Source of the DNA: Actinomycetota bacterium
GTDB taxonomy: Bacteria; Actinomycetota; Humimicrobiia; Humimicrobiales; Humimicrobiaceae
Reading direction: 5' to 3'
Length of the DNA: 59,029 nucleotides
Assembly: GCA_051744245.1 (NCBI GenBank)
Contig: JBNJCV010000001.1
Location: 1 to 59,029, forward strand
Positions 9,880 through 19,236 of this stretch are shown here, one piece after another (positions within the stretch are counted from its first letter, which is position 1; every line of letters begins with the position of its first letter). The notes below the pieces were generated by a model, which saw only the letters and a program-made list of their open reading frames with translations, was not told the origin of the DNA and searched no databases. Made by a program: the position numbers and the translations under genes.

Positions 9880-10567
9880 CTGAAAAAGCAATACATTTCT
9901 TCTAATATACTTACCTCATGTTTTGGTTGCTCGGGGCAAAGGTGCATAGCTGCCTCAGTAATCGCTTGTGTGGGAAAAGATACTTACAAAAGGGCCAGGG
10001 AAGCCTTTGTTGAAGCTGCAGATAAATTAATTGTTGTCGACCCCCTTGACTCTAGATACAAGGATGAAGGAGTGCTTGTGGGCCCTGTTATATCAAGCCA
10101 GGCAAAGCAAAGGATACTAAAAGCAATAAAGGATGCCAAAAAAGAAGGTTGTAGCATACTTTTGGATAAATCTGGTGTAAAAATTAAGGGAAGGCAGCTT
10201 CTTTTTAGGTCCTGTAGTCCTGGGAAATGTAAAGGCAGGTTCAAAAACAGAAAGGACAGAAATCTTTGGCCCGGTAGTATCCATGATGGAAGTAGGGTCA
10301 TTGGATGAAGTATTAGGTTACCTTGAGGATAACCCTTACGGCAATGGCGCTTCGATCTATACCCAGAATGGAAACTGGGCAAGGGAATTTGAATTAAGGG
10401 CCCAGTGTGGAATGATTGGAATCAACCTGGGTGTGCCTGCACCGGTGGCTTATTTTCCTTTTGGGGGAATGAAGGAATCCCAGCTTTCAGACATTAAAGC
10501 GCAAGCGGGAGGGGTAGTTGGTTTCTTTACTGAAGAGAAAATGGTGGCCAGAAGATTCTTTGATTAA
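9880..10567 (+). pseudogene. Remnant of a methylmalonate-semialdehyde/malonate-semialdehyde dehydrogenase (MmsA/IolA-type ALDH), 5'-truncated and frameshifted
   Basis: Two adjacent frames encode only the C-terminal half of an MmsA/IolA-like ALDH: ..FGCSGQRCIAASV..VLVGPVIS.., then ..GSFFLGPVVLGNV..EIFGPVVSMMEV..GINLGVPAPVAYFPFGGMK.. . The frame switch is near 10185-10200. The first roughly 255 residues have no coding space, because leuS ends at 9691. Confidence 0.8.
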
Positions 10568-11325
10568 GTTTCAAAAACAAATTTGCTTTTTGAGCTATTA
10601 AAATATTCTTCAAAATAAATATAGCGTTCAGCAGAATTATGGATAAACTTCCAGAAGGTTTGAAGGTAATGGATTATTTTTTTATCATTTTTCCCTATTT
10701 GTAGAAGTTCAATTATTTCTTTGTCTGGGATATCTGGTTCAAGTATCCTTTTTTTGCTGATTATATTTATTTTAAAAATGTCCTCTACTAGTTTAGTAAA
10801 AGATACATTAACAAGTTTCATGCCATTTATTTCTTTAAATATATCATTTGGAAGATAGGCTTCGGTTAAATATAGGGGCTCGCTATAAGCAAATATGAGC
10901 CTCTTTATATACATGACTTTTATATCTCTGGCAATATTTAAATTTCCCCGGATCCTACTGGAGGGAGTAATTATTTTTTTCTCCAGTATTTTGGTTTTAG
11001 TATCAACCCCTTTTTCTTTTAGCTCATCTACAATGGAGGAAACTTTCTGTAAGGCTTTTGATTCGGCAATGTTTTTATTGGTTATAAAGGTTCCTTGCCC
11101 CCTTCCCCTGGATATGAATCCGCTTAATTTCAGTTCCCTTAAAGCTTCCCTGATCGTTGTTCTGCTTACAGTAAACTTTTCGCATAGTTCCAGCTCATTA
11201 GGTATCTGCTCTCCCTCTTTTAGCTTGTTTCTCTTTATCTTGTCCAGGAGGTAAGTATAAACCTGATGATAATAGGGAACTTTACTACTTTTGTCTAAGA
11301 TGAAGTCATTGAATATGTTTTTCAT
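10564..11325 (-). CDS. GntR-family transcriptional regulator (HutC-like, UTRA effector domain)
   Basis: N-terminal wHTH (LPNELELCEKFTVSRTTIREALRELKLSGFISRGRGQGTFI) plus a C-terminal domain of about 150 aa. Confidence 0.85.
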   Translation of the reverse strand: MKNIFNDFILDKSSKVPYYHQVYTYLLDKIKRNKLKEGEQIPNELELCEKFTVSRTTIREALRELKLSGFISRGRGQGTFITNKNIAESKALQKVSSIVDELKEKGVDTKTKILEKKIITPSSRIRGNLNIARDIKVMYIKRLIFAYSEPLYLTEAYLPNDIFKEINGMKLVNVSFTKLVEDIFKINIISKKRILEPDIPDKEIIELLQIGKNDKKIIHYLQTFWKFIHNSAERYIYFEEYFNSSKSKFVFET

Positions 11326-11333
11326 TTAATCTT

Positions 11334-11349
11334 ACAATAATAATATTGT
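11334..11349 (-). promoter_or_regulatory. Imperfect 16-bp palindrome upstream of the GntR gene (candidate operator)
   Basis: ACAATAATAATATTGT, with 7 of 8 pairs complementary, lies 9 nt upstream of the GntR start codon. The context is AT-rich, so chance is possible. Confidence 0.25.
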
Positions 11350-11404
11350 TATAATTAATACTAGCATTATATATTCTTTATACTTTTTTTCAAAGGGATA
11401 TCAG

Positions 11405-11926
11405 TTATTTGTTATAAGCTTTCAGCAATTCTATGGTAGCCCTGCAAAATGCTGGCAGGTCTGCAGGCTTTCTAGAAGTAACTATATTGCCGTCAGCCAC
11501 AACTTCCTTATCAATATATTTGCCTCCAGCATTTGAAAGGTCTGTAGCTATTGCAATATAACCTGTTACCTGTTTATCCTTTATTATATCTGCTTCTGCC
11601 AGCATCCAGCCGCCATGACATATTGCAGATATAACTTTGCAGTCTTCTGATGCCTTTTTTACTATTTCTACCATGTCCTTGTCTACCCTCATCTTATCCG
11701 GAGCATAACCGCCGGGTATAATTATCCCCAAGACTTCATCCATATTGACTTCCTTCGGGGAAACATCTGCTTTTATCGGAAGCCCGAATTTACCTTTATA
11801 CTCCCTGCCTTTATCCGGGCCAACTGTAATTACCTCATAGCCTTCTTCAGCGAGCCTGTAATAAGGGTAAATTACTTCCTCATCCCTGAACTGCTCTTCC
11901 AGCAGCAGTAAAATTTTACCTTTCAT
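11405..11926 (-). CDS. DJ-1/PfpI family protein (intracellular protease/glyoxalase-like)
   Basis: Nucleophile-elbow motif AICHGGW. ATG at 11926 with AAAGGAGAC RBS upstream on the reverse strand; the ORF track extends to 11956. Confidence 0.88.
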   Translation of the reverse strand: MKGKILLLLEEQFRDEEVIYPYYRLAEEGYEVITVGPDKGREYKGKFGLPIKADVSPKEVNMDEVLGIIIPGGYAPDKMRVDKDMVEIVKKASEDCKVISAICHGGWMLAEADIIKDKQVTGYIAIATDLSNAGGKYIDKEVVADGNIVTSRKPADLPAFCRATIELLKAYNK

Positions 11927-12117
11927 ATTTTGTCTCCTTTTTAATCCATTATTCATAATTTTTAAATGTTAATCAAGTAAGAGTTAATTAAGCCTGCCTG
12001 TAATAAGTGGTATGTAGAGAAGGTAGTGTATTTGCATGAGGATTTGAAGGAAGTCTAGAAAATAAATAGAAGTGGGGTTAAATGTTTATTTTAAAAAAGT
12101 TAGGGAATTACTATGGA

Positions 12118-13302
12118 TTACAATAACTTGAAAGCAACCGAGAAATAGGATCCCTTATCCAGATCGCTTTCTAAATTTATGCTTGCATTATGAATATTAA
12201 CAATTTCCCTTGCTATGGAAAGCCCTAGCCCGGTGCCATTCTTATGGAATTCAGCTGCATTGTTGGACCGGAAAAATTCATTGAAAATATTATTCACATT
12301 TTTTTCAGGTATTCCAATTCCCTGATCCTTTATACCTATATAAAGCCTTGGGCCTTCAATTTTTTTAGTTATTATCTTCACTATACTGTTGGGAGGAGAG
12401 TAATTGATAGCATTTTCAATCAATATGGAAAAAAGGACTTCTATCTGTTTTTCATTTCCTTTAATGTAAAAATCTTTTTTAGGGGAATTAAAATCAATTT
12501 GGATTTTTTTAACTCTGGCTGGTATTTCAAACCTTTGGACTATTCTGGACAGAATAGGGGTTAAATTTATCCTTTTAAGGTCTAAACTCATATCATCGCG
12601 GGATTTAAGTTTTTCTAATTCAAGCATTTCGCCAATAACCTTTGATAGCAATCCGCACCGCTTCTTTATCTTTTTAACAATATCTACAGTTGCCTGAGGA
12701 ATCTTACCTGAATAGCCTTCGAGGATAATCTCAGCATAACTCTGAATGGCTGCAAAAGGGGCTTTTAATTGATGGGTAGCATATAGGAGGTATTTGCTTT
12801 TTTCTTTGTTAATATCATGTAATTTCTGGCTTATCTTTTCATATTCTACCTTTTCTTTTTCCAGTTTCATGTTGACCTTTTCTATTTCTTCGGTCCTCTC
12901 AATTATTTTTTTCTCAAGATTTATCTTGTACTCGTTAAGGTCCCTATTGATCTCATTGTAGGAATCCAGCAGATGGTAGATTATCTTTGAACCGTTAGCA
13001 CCAATTAGGCTTGTTTTGGAGAATTTCTTATTACTTAAGTCATTAAAAACCCTCGAATCGCCAGTAGCTTCAAATATAAGGCCTATTTGGCGGTCATTAA
13101 TAATTTGTTCATAGTCGGCTATATATTCAATATCATGGTGCCGGGCAAAGAAAACCCCAACTGCATGAGGGTTGATGTCACATACATATTTTATTTTTAT
13201 ATCCGGGATATTAAGTAAGACTTTTAATAACGCTAATCCACCCTTGCCTGCTCCTATTATGGCTATTACTGCTTCGCTATTATTTTTATCTTTATTATTC
13301 AT
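12118..13302 (-). CDS. Soluble sensor histidine kinase with N-terminal Rossmann-like (GxGxxG) domain
   Basis: No TM segment. N-terminus is IAIIGAGKGGLALLKVL..DINP. A coiled coil follows, then H-box THQLKAPFAAIQSY and HATPase_c motifs (ENAINYS, DQGIGI, GTGLGLSI). Confidence 0.85.
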   Translation of the reverse strand: MNNKDKNNSEAVIAIIGAGKGGLALLKVLLNIPDIKIKYVCDINPHAVGVFFARHHDIEYIADYEQIINDRQIGLIFEATGDSRVFNDLSNKKFSKTSLIGANGSKIIYHLLDSYNEINRDLNEYKINLEKKIIERTEEIEKVNMKLEKEKVEYEKISQKLHDINKEKSKYLLYATHQLKAPFAAIQSYAEIILEGYSGKIPQATVDIVKKIKKRCGLLSKVIGEMLELEKLKSRDDMSLDLKRINLTPILSRIVQRFEIPARVKKIQIDFNSPKKDFYIKGNEKQIEVLFSILIENAINYSPPNSIVKIITKKIEGPRLYIGIKDQGIGIPEKNVNNIFNEFFRSNNAAEFHKNGTGLGLSIAREIVNIHNASINLESDLDKGSYFSVAFKLL

Positions 13303-13547
13303 TTAATAAGTTTGGTGGATAGAATTTAATATTTTCTCGCTCTATAACTTTAAAAATCTGGTAAAAGTCATATTTATTTGATTTATTATATTATTTTGTG
13401 ATAAACTTGATTAATATTATTAAATCAATAGTTTTAGTAATGTATATAAATTATAAAGTATTTTTAGGGTGAAGTAAACCATAAAAGGAGCCATATAAAA
13501 ATGAACCTTTGAAAGTCTTCATTAGCAACCAAAATAGGGAGGGGCAT

Positions 13548-13973
13548 ATGAAAAAAATATATATAATTGATGATGACCAGGATATTGTAGAATCTATTTC
13601 AATGGTTTTAAAAGCAAATGGTTATGATGTTGCCGGCCAGTATAATGATGAGGATGTAATTGAAAATACTACTGAATACAATCCTGACCTTATCATCCTT
13701 GATGTTATCTTTCCAGAAGACCACTCTGCAGGTTTTAAAATTGCAAGGGAATTAAAAAGAAATGAAGAATTAGCAGAAATTCCAATAATTATGCTCTCAG
13801 TTGTAAATGAAAAGGGAATTTATATGGGCAAGTTTTCCAATGATGATATTGACCATACATGGTTGCCGGTAAATAAATTCCTGGACAAGCCTGTTCAACC
13901 CAAGCAACTTCTGAAAATGGTAGGGTCTATTTTAAAAGACAAAGAAATACAAAAAACTGGTCCAAAAAAATAA
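13548..13973 (+). CDS. Stand-alone response-regulator receiver protein
   Basis: ATG at 13548 after RBS GGGAGGGG. Receiver motifs are IIDDDQD, LIILDV and FLDKP. No output domain is present. Divergent from the kinase gene. Confidence 0.85.
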   Translation: MKKIYIIDDDQDIVESISMVLKANGYDVAGQYNDEDVIENTTEYNPDLIILDVIFPEDHSAGFKIARELKRNEELAEIPIIMLSVVNEKGIYMGKFSNDDIDHTWLPVNKFLDKPVQPKQLLKMVGSILKDKEIQKTGPKK

Positions 13974-14268
13974 GGTTATAAAAACCTCGCTCAGTCCATA
14001 GTACTGACTAAAATATTTTACATGTTTTACTGGAGATAAAAAACTTAGCTTTCTGGTGCTTAAATTTTCAATACTTTTTATCTAACCGCTAGTAAATACC
14101 ATAGAGTCATGCAATATATTATTACAATAAATAACGCCCTGCATTAAGCAAAAGATATGAGGAAATCAAGAATCCTCTGTTCTGCCACAGCTTTAATTAT
14201 TGCTGGAAAGAAAATTGTGATTCATTATTATATAAAATTTTATTTTATGTTAATATCTATATACACAA

Positions 14269-14868
14269 ATGCATAAAATTTCAAAGCTATTGTGCTTTAT
14301 AGATAGAATTAAATATGAAAGGGGCAAACACCTAACTCTGGCTGTGGTTGTATTTACCATAGCTATATTGGTGGTTCTTGTAGTTTTGTTCTTTAAAGCG
14401 AAATCAGAAGTAAAGATAAAAGAGAATATACTGGAAAGTTATGCGAAAAATTCTGGCGAAAGCAGCCCAAATAATATCAAGGTCTATATTTGTGGTTATG
14501 TAAAAAAGCCGGGAGTGTACGAGGTTAAGGAAGGTTCCAGGATAGACGAAGTACTGGAAGCTGCTGGCGGCCCTACAGAGGAGGCTTGCCTTCAGCTGGT
14601 AAATCTTGCCAAAATGGTAAGTGATGAACAAAAAATATATATCCCTTCCCAGGACGAAGCCCCCAGAAATGAGGATAGCAGTATGGTAAATATAAATTAT
14701 GCATCCAGAGCCGAGCTTGAAAAGCTGCCGGGAATCGGCCCGGTTACGGCCCAAAAGATTATAAACTACAGGGAAAATCAGCTATTTGAAAAAAAAGAAG
14801 ACTTAAAAAAGGTGGACGGGATTGGTGATAAAAAATACCAGAGCATAAAAGATTTAATAAGCATATAG
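14269..14868 (+). CDS. comEA: Competence protein ComEA (SLBB plus helix-hairpin-helix DNA-binding)
   Basis: N-terminal TM, SLBB-like VYICGYVKKPGVYEV and a C-terminal tandem HhH (LEKLPGIGPVTAQKII..LKKVDGIGDKKY). Confidence 0.88.
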   Translation: MHKISKLLCFIDRIKYERGKHLTLAVVVFTIAILVVLVVLFFKAKSEVKIKENILESYAKNSGESSPNNIKVYICGYVKKPGVYEVKEGSRIDEVLEAAGGPTEEACLQLVNLAKMVSDEQKIYIPSQDEAPRNEDSSMVNINYASRAELEKLPGIGPVTAQKIINYRENQLFEKKEDLKKVDGIGDKKYQSIKDLISI

Positions 14869-14966
14869 GAAACTATTTTATATCATGGCCAGCAGGTGTC
14901 CTGGCCGGTACCTGGATTGGACATACTTATATAGTAAATAACTATATCCTTGGGCTGTCGGCTTTT

Positions 14967-16283
14967 TTGCTGCTAGTCACAGGAGTGCTGGTTATAAGGA
15001 GAAGGGAGCAAGGCTTTTTATTTTTACTGTTCAATTTTTTTGTTTTCCTGGTTGCAGGAATTATGTCAGCCAATATATATGCAGTGCACAGCAGACCAAT
15101 TCCGGCAGCCAATATAGATAAAAACGTAATCTTTGAGGGAAGGGTTTGCAGCCATCCCTCATGTCAGGGGGAGCAATATTTATGCAATATTGGGGTAAAC
15201 AAAATATATCTGGGCCAAAAAGAAGTAAAAATTAAAAAAGAGATAGTGCTAAAAACAAGCAAAGCCTTAAAAAGGGACGACTGGGTCAGATTTTCTATCA
15301 GCAGGGAAGGAGAATATTATATACCTATTGGGTTGCATAAAATCTATCCGGGCAATTTAGTGGCAAAGCTTTTTAACTTTAGAGCTAGAATATATAATAC
15401 CCTGAGGAAGGCCTACTATAATTATCTGAATTACAATTCTGCTAGCCTGTCAGAGGCATTGGTGCTGGGAAACAGGTTAAATGTTCCTCATTATATTATG
15501 GATAATTTTAAGAAAGCAGGGATATTTCACCTTCTGGCCATCTCGGGTTTGCACCTTTCTGTATTTATATTTCTAGTTCTAAGGCTTTTTAGGGAAAAGA
15601 GAAATATTTTGCCTCCCTTATTTTTCTTCCTGGCCGCCTTTAATTTTATTGTGGGGGTAAAAGCAAGCCTCCTGCGGGCATCGGCCATGATAATAATGGT
15701 CCTGGTGGCCAGAAGAAGGGGAAGAGAATACCGGGCAGAAAATATATTCTTTATAACTTTTTGTTTTTTGCTCCTGGTCCGGCCCGGCTTTTTTTATGAC
15801 TTAGGCTTCTGGCTGTCTTTTACTTCCATGGGAGCTATTTTCTTTATTTACCCATTAGCTGGCAGGTTGCTGCATAAAAAGCTGCAAAAAAATTATGTCA
15901 TTAGAATTTTTCTCATATCTTTTTCCATAATAGCAGCCACTCTGCCTGTAAATGCGTACTTTTTTGGCTTGGTGCCTTTTACGGGCATTTTTTCAAACAT
16001 CCTGGTACTGCCTGCATTTTATGCCCTTATCCTCATTTTGATATTTTCTTCCGCCACTATTATTATCTGGCCGCCTGCTGGGGGAATGATTTTAAAGCTT
16101 TCATCGCCTTTTTTTTCTTATATTCTAAAAGTTGGTTCAACTATGGGCAGCCTGGATTTTTTAAACCTGTATTTTGAAAATATTTCTGTTAAATTCATGG
16201 CAATATATTATATTCTTTTACTTTTATTGTTATTATTATACAAATACAAATTTAAAGGTAATGGCTATGGCAAAGCAAAATAA
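14967..16283 (+). CDS. comEC: ComEC/Rec2-family DNA internalisation channel, short form without the metallo-beta-lactamase domain
   Basis: Polytopic membrane protein with the competence-domain motif GIFHLLAISGLHLS. The TTG start at 14967 is doubtful, because the frame is open and TM-like from 14832. The ORF ends after the competence domain. Confidence 0.78.
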   Translation: MLLVTGVLVIRRREQGFLFLLFNFFVFLVAGIMSANIYAVHSRPIPAANIDKNVIFEGRVCSHPSCQGEQYLCNIGVNKIYLGQKEVKIKKEIVLKTSKALKRDDWVRFSISREGEYYIPIGLHKIYPGNLVAKLFNFRARIYNTLRKAYYNYLNYNSASLSEALVLGNRLNVPHYIMDNFKKAGIFHLLAISGLHLSVFIFLVLRLFREKRNILPPLFFFLAAFNFIVGVKASLLRASAMIIMVLVARRRGREYRAENIFFITFCFLLLVRPGFFYDLGFWLSFTSMGAIFFIYPLAGRLLHKKLQKNYVIRIFLISFSIIAATLPVNAYFFGLVPFTGIFSNILVLPAFYALILILIFSSATIIIWPPAGGMILKLSSPFFSYILKVGSTMGSLDFLNLYFENISVKFMAIYYILLLLLLLLYKYKFKGNGYGKAK

Positions 16284-17253
16284 AAAATTATGCCAGCTGT
16301 TTATAAGCAGGAGCAGCGCAATTCTGGACGAAAAAGTAGATGCAGCTAAAAAAAAGCTCAAGGGCAAGATAAACATGGATACGGATTTTAAGGTTTTTGA
16401 CAATCCTGAGGACCTAGACGAGACAGAGCTTGTAAATTACCTGGCTATACCGCCGTTTTTTTCTGAAAAAAAAGTAGCAGTAATGAAAAATATAGAAAAT
16501 TTTCCGGCAGGAATTGTAAACATACTGGCTGATAGAATAGATGGACTGGATAACAGCAGCTTCGTATTTTACCTGTTCACAGCCAATAAGAAGAGACTCA
16601 ATAAGAAATTTTTGGATGCAGTTAAGGCCAGGGGTATAGTTAGGGAGTTAAGGGAACCCAAGACTGGAAGTTTAAGAAAGTGGCTGAAGGAAAGGCAACA
16701 GCTGGATGGCATACACATTACAGAAAAAGCTGGAGAGCTTTTGTTAGAGAACATCAATTATGATCTTTCCTGCTTAAAAAATGAATATGAGAAGCTTTTT
16801 CTATACGCCCAGAGCCAGAAGGATAAAAAAGTAACCGTGGAAGCAGTAAGTCATCTGGTTAGCAGAGTTTATAATTTAAGGATATTTGATCTAGTGGATT
16901 GTATAGGAGAAAAAGACAAAGATGGAGCGCTAAAGGCACTTAAGTCTATGCTGGTAGAGGGCCAGAATTTAATGGGGATGATAACCCTGGCCTACCGCAT
17001 GTTTAAGGCAATCCTTTATATAAATTATGGGGAGAATAGGAAAGCCTATGACTATATTAGCTCTAATATAAGGGCGCCTGATTATTTTATAAAGAAAATT
17101 TTGGATAAATACAAGAGGTACAGCGCAAATTATACTGAAGCAGAAATTAGCAGGGCTTTTGGCCTGTTAAATGAAACTGATATTAGCCTACGCGAAAGCC
17201 TGGTAAGCGAAAAAAATATAATCAGCAAGCTAATATCGGAAATTTGCAGCTAA
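16267..17253 (+). CDS. holA: DNA polymerase III delta subunit
   Basis: About 330 aa, positioned after comEC and before rpsT as in Bacillota. ATG at 16267 lies 8 nt after AAAGG. The sequence call is weaker than the synteny call. Confidence 0.75.
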   Translation: MAKQNKKLCQLFISRSSAILDEKVDAAKKKLKGKINMDTDFKVFDNPEDLDETELVNYLAIPPFFSEKKVAVMKNIENFPAGIVNILADRIDGLDNSSFVFYLFTANKKRLNKKFLDAVKARGIVRELREPKTGSLRKWLKERQQLDGIHITEKAGELLLENINYDLSCLKNEYEKLFLYAQSQKDKKVTVEAVSHLVSRVYNLRIFDLVDCIGEKDKDGALKALKSMLVEGQNLMGMITLAYRMFKAILYINYGENRKAYDYISSNIRAPDYFIKKILDKYKRYSANYTEAEISRAFGLLNETDISLRESLVSEKNIISKLISEICS

Positions 17254-17254
17254 A

Positions 17255-17521
17255 TTAAGATTTTATTGTACCGAGTTTCTTATGTGCTTTAGACTTTTTG
17301 TTGGCTACAAAGTTTTTATGCACCACATTATTCTTTGCAGCTTTGTCCAGAGCTTTAAAAAGCAGGTTTAAATTTTTTTCTGCAGCTTCGGTGTCCTTTT
17401 GTTCAACTGACTGCAAAAATCTCTTATTTATACTTTTTATCCTGGTTTTTAAAGTCTTATTGGCAGTAAACCTTTTTTTATTCTGCCTGTCTCTTTTTAT
17501 TTGTGACTGTATGTTTGGCAT
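17255..17521 (-). CDS. rpsT: 30S ribosomal protein S20
   Basis: 88 aa, very basic (MPNIQSQIKRDRQNKKR..), with AAGGAGGAAAA RBS upstream on the reverse strand. Confidence 0.95.
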   Translation of the reverse strand: MPNIQSQIKRDRQNKKRFTANKTLKTRIKSINKRFLQSVEQKDTEAAEKNLNLLFKALDKAAKNNVVHKNFVANKKSKAHKKLGTIKS

Positions 17522-17649
17522 TTAACTATTTTCCTCCTTAAATTTTTAACGAAGACCTATTTTAGCACTTTTTGGTAAAAAATTGAAAATATTTTATAAT
17601 TTAAGAAATTTAAATGATATAATTTCTTTTTCAACACTTAAGTGAAATT

Positions 17650-19236
17650 ATGGCAGAAGACAGTTTTTTTTCAAGGAAGAAAATTTTTAATGCCACGGTT
17701 GTAGTAATTATAGCAATCCTGCTTTCCAAGGTGTCAGGCCTGGTCAGGGACCAGGTAATGGCTGGCTATTTTGGCATAAGCTATGATACTGACGCCTTTA
17801 CCTGGGCTTACTTTATACCCAATTTGTTTAAGGTGCTTTTTGCAGAGTCCCTTATAATAGCGGCTTTTATCCCCATATATTCCTCTTACCTTAAAAAAAG
17901 GGAAAAGGGACAGCTGAAAAGTTTTGTTAACTCAGTTGCCAATATAATGCTGGCGGCTTTTTTTTTAATCTCTGTGCTTATCTTTATATTCTCTCCCCAG
18001 ATAGGTCAGCTACTGTCCATGGTTGCCAATAACCAGTTGGATGTAGCCAAGTTTGTGGTAATGAACAGGATAATGATATTTTCCCTGGTTAGCCTCAGCC
18101 TTTCAGGGCTTGCCACCGGCATACTTAATTCCCATAATTTGTTTGCTCTTCCATCCCTTGCGCCCTTCGTGCTGAATGTAGTTACAGTAATTGCAGTGAT
18201 AATACTGGCCCCCAGATTTGGGATTATAAGTATGGCAATAGGGGTAATCATAGGGTCGGTTTTCCATTTTTTAATTCAGGTTCCCCAGCTAAAGGTGGCC
18301 GGGATAAAATATGGCTTCCAGGTAGATTTCAAAAATAAGGCAGTAAGAGAAATTTTTTCACTGATGCTTCCCATATTGCTGAGCCTGGGGGCGGTTCAGC
18401 TGAATAACAGCGTGGACAATTTCTTTGCCTTAAACCTGGGGGCAGGAAATACTACTGCCCTGACCATTTCCTGGAGGGTGGCAAACTTACCCCTGGGAGT
18501 ATTCAGCGTGGCAGTAATTACAGTACTTTATCCCCTGATTTCCAGGCAAGCGGCAGCAGATAACACCAAGGGACTGAAAGAAAGCTTTTCGTTAGGAGTG
18601 AGGGAAATTGGCTATATAATGATTCCAGCCACTGTGGGCCTGGTTATATTAAGTTATCCCATTATAAAGGTTTTGTTTGAACATTATAATTTCTCTGCCC
18701 AGGATACCTCCAAAGTTTCGTTCATCCTTATCTTTCACAGCCTCGGCCTGGTATTTTTCGGATTGCTGATGATATTGAACCGTACATTCTATGCTTTTAA
18801 AAATGTAAAGACTCCCTTAAAGGTAGCTGCTGCATCCATTGGAGTTAACTTGCTTCTTGACTGGATACTGGTTAGGTTTATGGATGTGGGAGGGCTTGCA
18901 TTTTCAACCTCGCTTGTTGCATTATGTAATACAGTAATACTTTTAATTATATTAAGAAAGAAGATAGGCAATTTAGGAGGAAAAAGAATAGCCAGGTCCT
19001 ATTTAAAGATATTGCTTGCTTCTGCTATAATGGGTGTTTCCGTCTACTTTACATGGCATTGGCTGCAACCCTTTGCAGAAAGGGGATTGGTATTTTTAAT
19101 AATTGCGCTGGCAGCAGCCATTATAGGCGGGAGTGTTATTTACATATTATTTACTTATGTGCTGAAGATGGATGAAATAAAATATGTGGTAAGTATTTTC
19201 AGGGATTTTAAAAAAAGGGGATTTAGAAAAAAATAA
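17650..19236 (+). CDS. murJ: Lipid II flippase MurJ/MviN
   Basis: 528-aa polytopic membrane protein with an MviN-like N-terminus (LLSKVSGLVRDQVMAGYFG). Confidence 0.9.
   Translation: MAEDSFFSRKKIFNATVVVIIAILLSKVSGLVRDQVMAGYFGISYDTDAFTWAYFIPNLFKVLFAESLIIAAFIPIYSSYLKKREKGQLKSFVNSVANIMLAAFFLISVLIFIFSPQIGQLLSMVANNQLDVAKFVVMNRIMIFSLVSLSLSGLATGILNSHNLFALPSLAPFVLNVVTVIAVIILAPRFGIISMAIGVIIGSVFHFLIQVPQLKVAGIKYGFQVDFKNKAVREIFSLMLPILLSLGAVQLNNSVDNFFALNLGAGNTTALTISWRVANLPLGVFSVAVITVLYPLISRQAAADNTKGLKESFSLGVREIGYIMIPATVGLVILSYPIIKVLFEHYNFSAQDTSKVSFILIFHSLGLVFFGLLMILNRTFYAFKNVKTPLKVAAASIGVNLLLDWILVRFMDVGGLAFSTSLVALCNTVILLIILRKKIGNLGGKRIARSYLKILLASAIMGVSVYFTWHWLQPFAERGLVFLIIALAAAIIGGSVIYILFTYVLKMDEIKYVVSIFRDFKKRGFRKK

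Noticed and set aside
13501-13512. A mini-ORF (ATG AAC CTT TGA, MNL-stop) with a good AAAGGAG RBS 10 nt upstream, about 35 nt before the response-regulator start.
   Set aside because: Three codons are too short to support as a leader peptide without conservation data. It could be a chance ATG near an RBS-like purine run.
13974-14268. A 295-bp ORF-free gap before comEA, checked for a small RNA gene (6S, SRP or tmRNA-like).
   Set aside because: Only weak 4-5-bp stems and no conserved RNA motifs were recognised. It cannot be supported from sequence alone.
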